64,000 bases of DNA, taken from NCBI GenBank assembly GCA_041694815.1, contig JBGFSC010000010.1, forward strand, positions 1 to 64,000, in the 5' to 3' direction. The DNA comes from Elusimicrobiota bacterium. Its GTDB lineage: Bacteria; Elusimicrobiota; Elusimicrobia; UBA1565; JACRDR01. This document shows, piece after piece, positions 21,646-31,344 of the stretch. A program made the position numbers and the translations under genes. The stretch's first letter is position 1. Each line of letters starts with the position of its first letter. The notes under the pieces were generated by a model. That model saw only the letters and a list, made by a program, of their open reading frames with translations. It made no database searches and had not been told where the DNA came from.

Positions 21646-23027
21646 AGAGGCGCAAGGCAGTATTCCTCGACCGCGACGGGACTCTGGTGCATGACCGGCC
21701 GGGCTTTTACTTGAAGCGCCCAGAACAGCTGCGCGTCTATCCCTTCTCAGCCGCCGCGCTGCGCCTGCTGCGCCGCGCCGGTTACCGCCTCGTCGTCGTC
21801 AGCAATCAGTCCGGGCTGGCCAGGGGCTTCTTCGACCGCCGCACCCTGGACGCCATCCACCGCCACCTGCGCGAACGCCTGCGCCGCGGGGGGGCGAGGC
21901 TCGACGCGATCTATTTCTGCCCCCATCATCCCGACGATGGCTGCCGCTGCCGGAAGCCCAGCCCGGTCTTGGCGCGCCGAGCGGCGCGCGAGCTCGGGCT
22001 TCGCCTGCGCGGCTCGGTCGTAGTCGGAGACAAGAAGGCCGACATCGACATGGCCCAGGCCTTGGGCCTTCCCTCGGTGCTCGTGCGCACCGGGCACGGC
22101 CGCTCCCAACGGGCAGCCTACGGCCGCAGACTGCGCCCGACGCATGAGACGCGCAACGTGCTGACGGCGGCGCGCTGGATCGTCAACGCCTTGGCCTGTT
22201 GGAGCCTCTGCCTCGGCGCGGCGTGGGCAGAGCCGGGAGCGCGCCGCAAGGACCCTGTCGCGATCTCCACGGCCATCGCCCAGCCCTACGAGCTAGCCCG
22301 AGGCACGCTCCCCGTATCCTCCTCGGCCACCTTGGCCGCGGTCCCGTGGTTTCCGGAATACCTCCGCTACGAGGTCAAGTGGGGAATCTTTTCAGTCGGA
22401 ACCTCGGACCTGCACGCCCGCGAAATTCTCGACTTCAACGGCGCGCCGGCCTACCATATCGTCTCGGAGGCGAAATCCAACTCCTTCTGCGACGCCTTCT
22501 ACAAGGTCCGGGACTTAAACGAGTCCTGGATCGACGCCCGAGAGCTGTACTCGCTAGGCTATCTCAAGAAGCTGCGCGAGGGCAGCTACCACCGAGACGA
22601 ATGGGTGCTCTATGACAACGGCGCCAAGCGCTGGGTCTCGAAGGCAGTCAGCCGCCAGGGCGAGGAAAGCTACGCCGCCGGGGAGCTGCCCGGGCCCGTG
22701 CAGGACATACTCTCGAGCATGTACTACATCCGCTCCAAGCCGCTCAAGGTAGGCGACGAGATCACGCTCGACGTCAACACCCGCAAGAACTGGCCCCTGG
22801 TCATCAAGGTTACCCGCAAGGCCCGCGTGCATGTCCCCGCGGGACGTTTCGACACCGTCGAAGTGGAGCCCTTCCTCCGTCAGGAAGGCATCTTCATCCA
22901 GAAGGGCAAGCGCCTGCAGGTATGGCTGACCGACGACGCGCGCCACCTGCCCGTGCGCATGAGCGTGGAGGTCTTCTTCGGCAACGTGACGGCTGACCTC
23001 ATCGAAGCCAAACCGCTCCCCCGATAG
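21642..23027 (+). CDS. GmhB-type heptose-1,7-bisphosphate phosphatase fused to a DUF3108-like domain
   Basis: N-terminal FLDRDGT, SNQSG, CPHHPDDGCRCRKP, VGDK..D; C-terminal LRYEVKWG, FYKVRD, QDILS, VPAGRF, VWLTDD. Confidence 0.8.
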   Translation: MKRRKAVFLDRDGTLVHDRPGFYLKRPEQLRVYPFSAAALRLLRRAGYRLVVVSNQSGLARGFFDRRTLDAIHRHLRERLRRGGARLDAIYFCPHHPDDGCRCRKPSPVLARRAARELGLRLRGSVVVGDKKADIDMAQALGLPSVLVRTGHGRSQRAAYGRRLRPTHETRNVLTAARWIVNALACWSLCLGAAWAEPGARRKDPVAISTAIAQPYELARGTLPVSSSATLAAVPWFPEYLRYEVKWGIFSVGTSDLHAREILDFNGAPAYHIVSEAKSNSFCDAFYKVRDLNESWIDARELYSLGYLKKLREGSYHRDEWVLYDNGAKRWVSKAVSRQGEESYAAGELPGPVQDILSSMYYIRSKPLKVGDEITLDVNTRKNWPLVIKVTRKARVHVPAGRFDTVEVEPFLRQEGIFIQKGKRLQVWLTDDARHLPVRMSVEVFFGNVTADLIEAKPLPR

Positions 23028-23070
23028 GGCCCGTCGATGTCAATTTTTGTATAATTTGATGTTCTAATTC

Positions 23071-24063
23071 ATGGCCAGCCATTCGCGGCGCCTGCATTCC
23101 TTGGTAGAAAGATTCTCCCGCAAGCGCGTGCTCGTCTGCGGGGACCTGATGCTCGACCGCTACATTCGGGGCAAAGTCAGCCGCATCTCCCCGGAGGCTC
23201 CGGTCCCCATCGTCCAAGTGGTCTCCGAAAGCCATGTGCCGGGAGGCGCGGGAAACGTCTGCAACAATCTCGCGGCCCTGGGCGCGTCGGTCTCCGCGGT
23301 GAGCGTCGTGGGCGACGACCCGGCCGCGGATACCCTCTTGGCCGAGCTGCAGGCCCGTAGGATCGATACCGGCGCGGTGCTGCGCGACACCGAGCGTGTC
23401 ACCGTCCAAAAATGCCGGATCATCGGCGACCACCAGCAGCTGCTCCGATACGACCACGAGCGGGCCGTCACCCTACGCCGGCAAACGCAGCGGCGCTTGA
23501 TCGAGCGCCTCGAGCGCCTCGCCCCGGAATGCCAGGCGCTGATCATCTCCGATTACGGCAAGGGCGTGGTCTCGCCCGAACTGCTCCACGCGGCCATCCG
23601 CGCGGCGCGGCGGGCCAAGATCCCAGTGACGGTCGACCCCAAGATCGAGCATTTCCGGCGCTATCGAGGCGTTGACTGCATCACTCCCAATCTCCACGAG
23701 GCCTGGAGTGGGATGCGCCTGCTGCCCAAGGAGGACGAGCCCTCGATACAGGAGCTGGGCTGGCGCATACTCAAGAGCCTACGCGCTTCCTCGGTGCTCA
23801 TCACCCGGGGAGAGAAGGGCATGACCTTGTTCGAAAATAGCCGCGTTCCCTATTCCATGACCCATATCCCGGCCCAGGCCAAGGAGGTCTTCGACGTCAC
23901 GGGCGCCGGGGACACGGTTATCAGCGTGCTCTCCCTGGCGTTGGCCTCCGGCGCCACGCTCCGGGAGGCCGCCGTGCTCGCCAATCATGCCGCCGGCATC
24001 GTCGTCGCCAAGCTCGGCACGGCGACGGTCAGCGCCGAGGAGCTGGCCTCGGCCCTTCCATGA
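23071..24063 (+). CDS. D-beta-D-heptose 7-phosphate kinase (HldE kinase domain, stand-alone)
   Basis: GDLMLDRY, RISPEAPVP, PGGAGNV, SDYGKG, DVTGAGDT; TATAAT at 23050-23055 upstream. Confidence 0.93.
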   Translation: MASHSRRLHSLVERFSRKRVLVCGDLMLDRYIRGKVSRISPEAPVPIVQVVSESHVPGGAGNVCNNLAALGASVSAVSVVGDDPAADTLLAELQARRIDTGAVLRDTERVTVQKCRIIGDHQQLLRYDHERAVTLRRQTQRRLIERLERLAPECQALIISDYGKGVVSPELLHAAIRAARRAKIPVTVDPKIEHFRRYRGVDCITPNLHEAWSGMRLLPKEDEPSIQELGWRILKSLRASSVLITRGEKGMTLFENSRVPYSMTHIPAQAKEVFDVTGAGDTVISVLSLALASGATLREAAVLANHAAGIVVAKLGTATVSAEELASALP

Positions 24064-24806
24064 AAAACGACTGCCTGGTCGTCATCCCTGCCCGGTTGGC
24101 CTCCACCCGCCTGCCGGGGAAGGTTCTGGCGGTTATCGGGGGACTGCCGCTCGTTGAATGGTGCCGCAGGGCCGCCCTGCGCGCCGCGGTCGGGCCCGTG
24201 CTTGTGGCGACCGACGACGTCAAGGTGCTCCGAGCGGTGGAGTATTACGGCGGCCAAGCCGTTCTCACCTCCAACCAGTGCCTTTCGGGCTCCGACCGCG
24301 TATGGGAAGTCGCGCGCCGCAGGCGCGAGCGCCTAATCCTCAACCTCCAGTCCGATGAGCCGTTCATCAAGCCGACCACCATCCGGCGGGTCTCCGAGAT
24401 ACTCCGCAACAACGACGAGGCCGATATCGCCACCGCCGTGATTCCCTTGGACTCCCGCCGCGCCGAGGACCCGAACGTGGTCAAGGCCGCCATGGGCCAA
24501 GGCGGCCGCTGCCTGTATTTCTCCCGCGCCCCCGTCCCGTATTTCCGATCGGCGCCCGCCGCCCGCTGGCAGCATATCGGCATCTACGGCTTCCGACGCG
24601 CCGCCCTCGAGCGCTTCGTCGCGCTCGCCCCCTCGCCGCTGGAACGCGCCGAGAGCCTCGAGCAACTACGGGCCCTGGAGGCCGGAATGTCCATTTTCGC
24701 AGCCAAGGCGCAAGACGCCGGGATCGCCGTCGACACGAAAGAGGACCTGGGTCGCGCCGCGCGGCACTGGGCTTCCTCGCGAGGCAAAGGAGCCGTCCAT
24801 GTCTAA
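24060..24806 (+). CDS. kdsB: CMP-Kdo synthetase
   Basis: [39 protein letters not shown]. Confidence 0.95.
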   Translation: MKNDCLVVIPARLASTRLPGKVLAVIGGLPLVEWCRRAALRAAVGPVLVATDDVKVLRAVEYYGGQAVLTSNQCLSGSDRVWEVARRRRERLILNLQSDEPFIKPTTIRRVSEILRNNDEADIATAVIPLDSRRAEDPNVVKAAMGQGGRCLYFSRAPVPYFRSAPAARWQHIGIYGFRRAALERFVALAPSPLERAESLEQLRALEAGMSIFAAKAQDAGIAVDTKEDLGRAARHWASSRGKGAVHV

Positions 24807-26433
24807 ATACATCTTCGTGACGGGCGGCGTGGTCAGCTCGCTCGGCAAGGGCATCACCGCCGCGTCGCTGGCGAGGCTGCTCAAGGCCCGCGGGCTCTCG
24901 GTCACCTGCCTCAAATGCGACCCCTACATCAACGTCGACCCCGGCACGATGAACCCCTACCAGCACGGCGAGGTGTTCGTGACCGAGGACGGCGCCGAGG
25001 CCGACCTCGATCTCGGGCATTACGAGCGCTTCCTGGGCGTGGACATGCACCACACCAATAATTTCACCGCGGGCAAGGTCTACGAGACGATCATCGCCAA
25101 GGAGCGCCGGGGCGATTTCCTGGGAACGACCGTGCAGGTCATCCCGCACATCACCGACGAGATCAAGAGCCGCTTCCGCCTCGTCACCAAGGGGATGGAC
25201 GTGGTCATCGTCGAGCTGGGCGGCACGGTCGGCGACATCGAGAGCCTCCCCTTTTTGGAGGCCGCCCGGCAGATGGCCATCGAGGCGGGCAAGGACAATA
25301 CCCTCTTCGTCCACGTGACCTTGGTGCCCTACATCAAGGCCTCCGAGGAGCTCAAGACCAAGCCCACCCAGCATTCCGTAGGCAAGCTCCGCGAGATCGG
25401 CATCAATCCCGACATCATCGTCTGCCGCACGGAGAAGCCGCTCTCCAGCGAGATCAAGGCGAAGATCGCCCTGTTCTGCTCGGTGCCCAAGGAGGCCGTC
25501 ATCGAGGCGGCCGACGCCTCCACGATCTACGAGGTCCCGCTGATGTTCCATCATCAAGGCTTAGACGAGCAGGTGCTCATGCTCTTGCGCCTGCGCGCGA
25601 CCGGCAAGGACCTGGGGGACTGGCAGCAGGTCGTAGACAGGATCAAGAACCCCAAGGGGGAGGCGACCATCGCCCTGGCGGGCAAGTACACCGAGCTTAA
25701 GGACGCCTATAAGTCGGTGCACGAGGCCTTGGCCCACGGGGGCCTGGCCAACAACGCCCGGGTCCATATCCGCTACCTCGACGTGCAATCGCCGCATTTG
25801 GACCAGTCCCTCGAGGACGTGCACGGCATCCTGGTGCCCGGCGGCTTCGGCGACCGCGGCATCGAGGGCAAGATCCGCGTCGTGCAATTCGCGCGCGAGC
25901 GGCGCATCCCGTACCTCGGCCTCTGCCTCGGCATGCAGATCGCCACCATCGAGTTCGCCCGCAACGTGCTCAAGCTCGCCGGCGCCCACTCGACGGAGTT
26001 CGACGCCAAGACCCGCTACCCCGTCATCGACCTGCTGCCGGACCAAAAGCAGGTCAAGAACCTCGGAGCCAGCATGCGCCTGGGCTGCTACAGCTGCCAG
26101 ATCAAGAAGGGTTCCCTGGCCCACAAGGCCTACGGCTCCCTCTCGGTCACCGAGCGGCACCGGCACCGCTACGAGCTCAACAACAAGTTCCGCAAGCTGC
26201 TCGAGGACGCGGGGCTGCAGGTCACCGGGGTGCACAGCTCCAAGAACCTCGCCGAGATCATCGAGCTCAGGGACCATCCCTGGTTCGTCGCCGTGCAATT
26301 CCACCCCGAATTCAGGTCCAGGCCCCAAGCCCCGCACCCGCTATTTGCCGGCTTCATCGCCGCGGCGCTGCGCAGGGCCCAGGGAAAGGACCCCGCCGGC
26401 GAGCCGGCCCCCTACACCTATGCCCGCCGCTAG
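24799..26433 (+). CDS. pyrG: CTP synthase
   Basis: [40 protein letters not shown]. Confidence 0.98.
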   Translation: MSKYIFVTGGVVSSLGKGITAASLARLLKARGLSVTCLKCDPYINVDPGTMNPYQHGEVFVTEDGAEADLDLGHYERFLGVDMHHTNNFTAGKVYETIIAKERRGDFLGTTVQVIPHITDEIKSRFRLVTKGMDVVIVELGGTVGDIESLPFLEAARQMAIEAGKDNTLFVHVTLVPYIKASEELKTKPTQHSVGKLREIGINPDIIVCRTEKPLSSEIKAKIALFCSVPKEAVIEAADASTIYEVPLMFHHQGLDEQVLMLLRLRATGKDLGDWQQVVDRIKNPKGEATIALAGKYTELKDAYKSVHEALAHGGLANNARVHIRYLDVQSPHLDQSLEDVHGILVPGGFGDRGIEGKIRVVQFARERRIPYLGLCLGMQIATIEFARNVLKLAGAHSTEFDAKTRYPVIDLLPDQKQVKNLGASMRLGCYSCQIKKGSLAHKAYGSLSVTERHRHRYELNNKFRKLLEDAGLQVTGVHSSKNLAEIIELRDHPWFVAVQFHPEFRSRPQAPHPLFAGFIAAALRRAQGKDPAGEPAPYTYARR

Positions 26434-27292
26434 GAAGGCCGATCCGCAAGGGCATCCCGTGCGGATCGGGTCCGCGGAGGTCTCCAACGGAGCCCCTCTG
26501 TTCTTCATCGCGGGTCCCTGCGCCTTCGAGTCGCCGGAGCTGCTCGAGCGCGTCGGCGAGGAACTCAATTCCCTTTTTGGAAAGGCCGGGCTGGCCTGGG
26601 CCCTTAAATGCTCTTTCGACAAGGCCAACCGCAGCTCGCTGCGCTCCTACCGCGGCCGGGGGCTCAAGCCCGCGCTGGAATCCTTTTCCCGGATGCGGCG
26701 CCGGCTGAAGGTCCCATTCCTGACGGACGTTCATGAGCCCTGGCAGGCCGCAGAGGCGGCGAAGGTCGTCGACGTCCTTCAAATCCCGGCCTTCCTGTGC
26801 CGGCAGACCGACCTTCTCGTCGCCTGCGCCAAGACGGGAAAGCCCGTCAACATCAAAAAGGGCCAGTTCCTGGCTCCCTGGGACATGAAAAATGCCGTCG
26901 AGAAGGTCGAGTCCGCGGGCAACCGCCAAATCCTGCTCACCGAGCGGGGAACTACCTTCGGCTACGGCAATCTTGTCGTCGACATGCGCTCGCTCGAGAT
27001 ACTCAAGGGCTTCGGCTACCCGGTGGTCTTCGACGCCACCCATTCCGTGCAGCTGCCGGGGGCTATGGGTCACGCCACGGGCGGCGAGCGCTGCTTCGCC
27101 CCGGCGCTCGCCCGCGCGGCCGCAGCGGTGGGCGTGGCCGGAATCTTCATGGAAACGCACCCGGACCCGGATGGCGCGCTCTCGGACGGCCCGAATTCCC
27201 TCCGTCTCTCGGAGATGGGCGAGGTGGTGCGCACCCTCGTCCAGATCGACCGGCTGGTCAAGAAAAACGGCGCCGCGAGGAAACCCCTATGA
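26420..27292 (+). CDS. kdsA: Kdo 8-phosphate synthase
   Basis: [38 protein letters not shown]; start uncertain. Confidence 0.95.
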   Translation: MPAARKADPQGHPVRIGSAEVSNGAPLFFIAGPCAFESPELLERVGEELNSLFGKAGLAWALKCSFDKANRSSLRSYRGRGLKPALESFSRMRRRLKVPFLTDVHEPWQAAEAAKVVDVLQIPAFLCRQTDLLVACAKTGKPVNIKKGQFLAPWDMKNAVEKVESAGNRQILLTERGTTFGYGNLVVDMRSLEILKGFGYPVVFDATHSVQLPGAMGHATGGERCFAPALARAAAAVGVAGIFMETHPDPDGALSDGPNSLRLSEMGEVVRTLVQIDRLVKKNGAARKPL

Positions 27293-27534
27293 AATGCCCC
27301 AACTGCAGCTTCGACAACAAGGAAACCGCCAAGGCCTGCAAGAAGTGCGCGCACGACTTAAGCGCCCCTCCGGCCTGGTTTCCAGATTGGCGCTGGCATG
27401 GCAAGACGCTCGGCATCATCTACGCCTGCCTCGCCATCTTCTACTTCTCGATGAGCTTCGCGCTCCGCAAACTCCCCAAGCCCTACCATATCCGCGAGAT
27501 TCCCCCGGAGATGACGCCCTGGTTAAAGCGATAG
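27289..27534 (+). CDS. Zinc-ribbon small membrane protein
   Basis: MKCPNC...CKKC followed by one hydrophobic helix; ATGA overlap with the kdsA stop. Confidence 0.75.
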   Translation: MKCPNCSFDNKETAKACKKCAHDLSAPPAWFPDWRWHGKTLGIIYACLAIFYFSMSFALRKLPKPYHIREIPPEMTPWLKR

Positions 27535-28010
27535 CCCTCTGCCTGGCGCTCGGCGCCTGCTCGGCGGGGCCGCGCTCCTCGGGCGCTGAGCCCTCGCAAA
27601 CGATCGACGGCTTCTCGATGAGCCGCTCCGAGAGCGGCGTCCCATCCTGGAAGCTGGTCGCCTCCAGCGCCGTACTGCATGAAAGCCGCTCCGAGGCCCT
27701 GCTGTCTTCCCCCTTCATCGAGCTCTTCAAGGAGGGCAGGCTCAACAGCCAGGTCAGCTCCCAGTCGGGTCTACTACACACCGACACGCAGAACGTCACG
27801 CTGACGGGCTCGGTGCTGGTCCGCTCCATGGAGGACCACTCGACGCTCAAGACTGATTCGCTCGATTACCTGAGCGCCAAGAAGCAGTTCGTTACCGACC
27901 GCCCCGTGCTCATCGAGCGGCCGGGCTCGGTGACGCGGGGCGTTGGCATGACCGCCAGCTCCGACCTTTCCGAGGTCCGCGTGCATCATCAGGAGTCCCG
28001 CGGCCAATGA
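27519..28010 (+). CDS. lptC: LPS export periplasmic protein LptC (probable CTG start, lipoprotein-like)
   Basis: VKAIALCLALGAC lipobox; WKLVASSA, LKTDSLDY, FVTDRPV, RGVGM; lies ahead of lptA-like and lptB genes. Confidence 0.75.
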   Translation: MVKAIALCLALGACSAGPRSSGAEPSQTIDGFSMSRSESGVPSWKLVASSAVLHESRSEALLSSPFIELFKEGRLNSQVSSQSGLLHTDTQNVTLTGSVLVRSMEDHSTLKTDSLDYLSAKKQFVTDRPVLIERPGSVTRGVGMTASSDLSEVRVHHQESRGQ

Positions 28011-28771
28011 CCTGGCCCGCGGCTATGCTCACGCTGCTCGCCGGAGCGGCCTTCGCGGCGGAACCCTCCAAACCCAAGCTCGCCGGCGCGGTGGTGCGCA
28101 GCAAGGAATACGTCGTACGCCGCGAGCCCAAGCGCGAGGAGGAGTTCATCGGCGACGTCTCCTACCGGCAGCGCGGACGCGAATTCTACTCCGACTGGGC
28201 CCTGCGCCAGGAGCCGGAGCGTTGGAAGGCCCGGGGTCATGTCCGCATCGTCTGGAAGCGCGAGGACGGAACCGTCTCGAGGGCTTGGGGCGAGCGGGCC
28301 ATCTACGATGGGATCAGCGAGAAGGGAAGCCTGTTCCCGAAAGAAGGCGAGCTGCTGCGCTTCGAGCGCGCGCTGCCCGCAGTCGCCATGCCCGAGTACG
28401 GCAACTCTAGGCAACTGCATTACGACGGCAAGAGCCAGACAGGACGCCTGGAGGGAGACGTGCATCTCTGGGGCCCCACCGGCGAGTGCGAGGGCGATTT
28501 GGTGTCGTTGAGCACCGCCTCCAAGGTCTGCTGGGCCGCGGCCTGGGCCGAGCGCGCCGACTACGAGCATGAGTCTGGAATCAGCACGCTCACAGGGCGC
28601 CGCCCGGTGGTCACGGCCATCGGGCGCACGGCCAAGGGCGACCCGTGGAGCGGAGCGCTGCAAGGAGACCGCATCCGTGGCCATTCCTCGAGGCTTAAGG
28701 CCGACGGCGACGTGCAGGGCTGGGTGGTGTTCGTGCAGGACGAAAAGCGTAAGAAAAGGAAAAAATCCTGA
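28007..28771 (+). CDS. LptA/OstA-like periplasmic protein
   Basis: Signal peptide; repeated GDV/GHV/GERAIYD/AERADY beta-jellyroll-like motifs; between lptC and lptB. Confidence 0.65.
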   Translation: MTWPAAMLTLLAGAAFAAEPSKPKLAGAVVRSKEYVVRREPKREEEFIGDVSYRQRGREFYSDWALRQEPERWKARGHVRIVWKREDGTVSRAWGERAIYDGISEKGSLFPKEGELLRFERALPAVAMPEYGNSRQLHYDGKSQTGRLEGDVHLWGPTGECEGDLVSLSTASKVCWAAAWAERADYEHESGISTLTGRRPVVTAIGRTAKGDPWSGALQGDRIRGHSSRLKADGDVQGWVVFVQDEKRKKRKKS

Positions 28772-29490
28772 TGCGCCTGGAGGCGCGGGGGCTCGTCAAG
28801 GATTACGGAGGCCGCCGAGTCGTGCGCGGGCTCGACCTGTCCGTCTCCTCCGGCGAGATCGTGGGGCTCTTGGGCCCCAACGGCGCGGGCAAGACCACGA
28901 CCTTCTACAGCCTCGTCGGATTCATCCGCCCGGACGGGGGCTCCATACGCATCGACGGCGAGGATGTCACGGCCCTGCCAATGTACCTGCGATCGAGGCG
29001 CGGGGTGGGCTACCTGGCCCAGGAGCCGACGGTGTTCCGCGGGCTGACCGTCGAGGAGAACCTGCGCGCCATCCTGGAGCGGACCATACCCTCCACGCTC
29101 GAGCAGATGCGGCGGGCCAAGGAACTGCTCGAGGAGTTCGGGCTCTGGAGGCTGCGCCACCAACAGGCCTCCACCCTTTCCGGCGGCGAGAAGCGCCGCC
29201 TGGAGGTGGCGCGGGCCATGATGCAGCACCCGCAGATCATCCTGCTCGATGAACCCTTCGTGGGCATCGACCCGATCACGGTGAGCGATCTCAAGGAGAC
29301 GATATTCTCCCTGCGCAAGCGGGGCATCGGCTTTCTCATCACCGACCACAATGTCCGCGAGACGCTGCCCATCATCGACCGCGCCTACCTCATACATGAC
29401 GGGACGATACTATTCTCGGGCACCGGCGACGACTTGACCAAGAACGAGAAGGCCCGCGAGTTCTATCTCGGAAAAGACTTCAAGATGTAG
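28771..29490 (+). CDS. lptB: LPS export ABC ATPase
   Basis: GPNGAGKTT, GYLAQE, LSGGEKRR, DEPFVGIDP, TDHNVRETL. Confidence 0.96.
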   Translation: MRLEARGLVKDYGGRRVVRGLDLSVSSGEIVGLLGPNGAGKTTTFYSLVGFIRPDGGSIRIDGEDVTALPMYLRSRRGVGYLAQEPTVFRGLTVEENLRAILERTIPSTLEQMRRAKELLEEFGLWRLRHQQASTLSGGEKRRLEVARAMMQHPQIILLDEPFVGIDPITVSDLKETIFSLRKRGIGFLITDHNVRETLPIIDRAYLIHDGTILFSGTGDDLTKNEKAREFYLGKDFKM

Positions 29491-29496
29491 GCCGCG

Positions 29497-30333
29497 ATGA
29501 GGCTGCGGCAAGAAACGGTGGTCCTCTTTCTCCTATTGCTGGCGTCCGCCATCTTCGCATGGCGATTCTTCACGCGTTTTGAGCGCGACAACCTGTACTT
29601 CCCGGACCGCGCGATGAGCGCGCATCCAGGGACCTACGGGCTCGCCTACGAGGAGCTGCGGCTAATGTCGTCCGGCGGATCGCTCGTTCATGGCTGGTTC
29701 ATCGGGCTCTCCGAGAGCAGCCCCGTGATCCTGCTCTCCCACGGCAACGCGGGAAATATCAGCCACCGTCTGGAGAAGGCCGTCTTGCTGCGCAAGGCCG
29801 GCGCTTCCGTGCTTCTCTACGACTATCAGGGCTACGGGCGCAGCGAAGGGGTCCCGAGCGAGAAGGGCAGCTACGCGGACGCCGCGGCGGCCTACGCATG
29901 GCTCATCCGCGAGAAAAAGGTTCCTCCGCATAAAATTTTCTTCTATGGCGAGTCCCTGGGGGCGGGGCCATCGATCGAGCTGGCCGCCAGCCAACCCGCG
30001 GCTGGGCTTATCTTAGAAAGCGCCTTTAGCTCCGTGCCGGATATGGCGAAAGTCGTTTTCCCCGGCCTGCCCCTGGAATGGCTCATCCGCTTTCGCTACG
30101 ACAATCTGGCCAAGATCGGCAAGATCCGCTGCCCGCTGCTCGTGATGCATAGCCCTCAGGATGAGATCGTCCCCTATTCCATGGGGCGTCGCCTCTTCGA
30201 AAATGCGCCCCAGCCGAAATCCTTTTTCGACCTTAAGGGCGACCACAACGGCGGGTTCTTGATCAGCGGGGAGGCCTATGTCGAAGCGCTGCGCCGATTC
30301 CTGTCAACGATCAACCGCTCGGCGATTAAGTAA
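29497..30333 (+). CDS. Alpha/beta hydrolase (YfhR/BEM46-like)
   Basis: HGNAGN, DYQGYGRSEG, GESLG, DEIVP, GDHN. Confidence 0.9.
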   Translation: MRLRQETVVLFLLLLASAIFAWRFFTRFERDNLYFPDRAMSAHPGTYGLAYEELRLMSSGGSLVHGWFIGLSESSPVILLSHGNAGNISHRLEKAVLLRKAGASVLLYDYQGYGRSEGVPSEKGSYADAAAAYAWLIREKKVPPHKIFFYGESLGAGPSIELAASQPAAGLILESAFSSVPDMAKVVFPGLPLEWLIRFRYDNLAKIGKIRCPLLVMHSPQDEIVPYSMGRRLFENAPQPKSFFDLKGDHNGGFLISGEAYVEALRRFLSTINRSAIK

Positions 30334-31300
30334 ATACCTCGAGATGGGCGTGGAGGCGATGGCGGCGGGCCAGTCGGACGGCCGCATCGAACTTCCTTTC
30401 GGCCTCGGCCGTTTTGCCGGCGGCGTGCAGGGCCTGCGCGATGGCGTTTAAAGCCAGGACCTCGCCGCGGGTTTCGCCGCCCTTGGAGAAGGCCTCATGA
30501 GCCGCCTTAAGGCGGCTCAGGGCGGCCGAGAGTTCCCCTCTCTGCAGATGGATTTTTCCCATTCCCCAGTCGACGTAGGCCAGATCAACCTCGTCTTCGA
30601 GGCTCTTATAAAGGAAGTAGGCCTTCCGGTAGAGACGCTCGGCCTCTCGGAGGCGCCCCCCCTGTCGCAGGGCGTTGGCCAGCCCGCAATGGGCATAGGC
30701 CTTGCCGAAAAGATCATCGGTATCGTCGAAGACGGCCTTGGCACGGGCGTAGAAGCGCTCGGAATCCTTGAGCCGCCCCAAGATGCGCGCCGTTCCCCCC
30801 AAGCCGAATAGGGCGTAGCCGGCGGCCACGGGGTCCTGGATGCGCCGGGCCAGGGAAAGCGATCGCCGAAAAGCGCTCAGCGAATCGCCTAGCCGGCCTT
30901 GAAAGCGCAGGGCTCCGCCCATGGCCCAAAGCAGGTACGCCGCCTCATCTAGCCTCCGCCCCTGCCGAGCCCGGCGCAGCAGGGCCGAAAGCTTCTTTAC
31001 GCTCTGCTCGTACCCGCCGGCCGCCCGCAAGACCATAACACGCTCGAGTTCGAGGGCCTCGCGGGCCCACGGGTGGCGCCGGGCAAGCGGAGCCGCCCGG
31101 CCCAACAGCGCGGAGGCCTGCTTCACCTTTCCTAAAGCCCTGAGCCCGGCGGCCGAGCCCAACGCCGCCTCGAGCCAAAGCGAAGAGCCTTTTTCCGATC
31201 GCCGGAGTATCCGGGAATAGAGCGTTTCGGCCCGCAGGAAGAAACCCCTCCCACGCAACGCGTCGGCGCGCTCGAGCGTCGATGAGAGCCCGGGAGGCAT
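30326..31300 (-). CDS. TPR repeat protein
   Basis: About 40-aa helical repeats of the AY...G.G...R..G...EA...Y..A type. Confidence 0.85.
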   Translation of the reverse strand: MPPGLSSTLERADALRGRGFFLRAETLYSRILRRSEKGSSLWLEAALGSAAGLRALGKVKQASALLGRAAPLARRHPWAREALELERVMVLRAAGGYEQSVKKLSALLRRARQGRRLDEAAYLLWAMGGALRFQGRLGDSLSAFRRSLSLARRIQDPVAAGYALFGLGGTARILGRLKDSERFYARAKAVFDDTDDLFGKAYAHCGLANALRQGGRLREAERLYRKAYFLYKSLEDEVDLAYVDWGMGKIHLQRGELSAALSRLKAAHEAFSKGGETRGEVLALNAIAQALHAAGKTAEAERKFDAAVRLARRHRLHAHLEVFT

Positions 31301-31344
31301 TTTCGGTACAAGTATAACTTATGCGAAAGCCATGAGGGCGAAGG

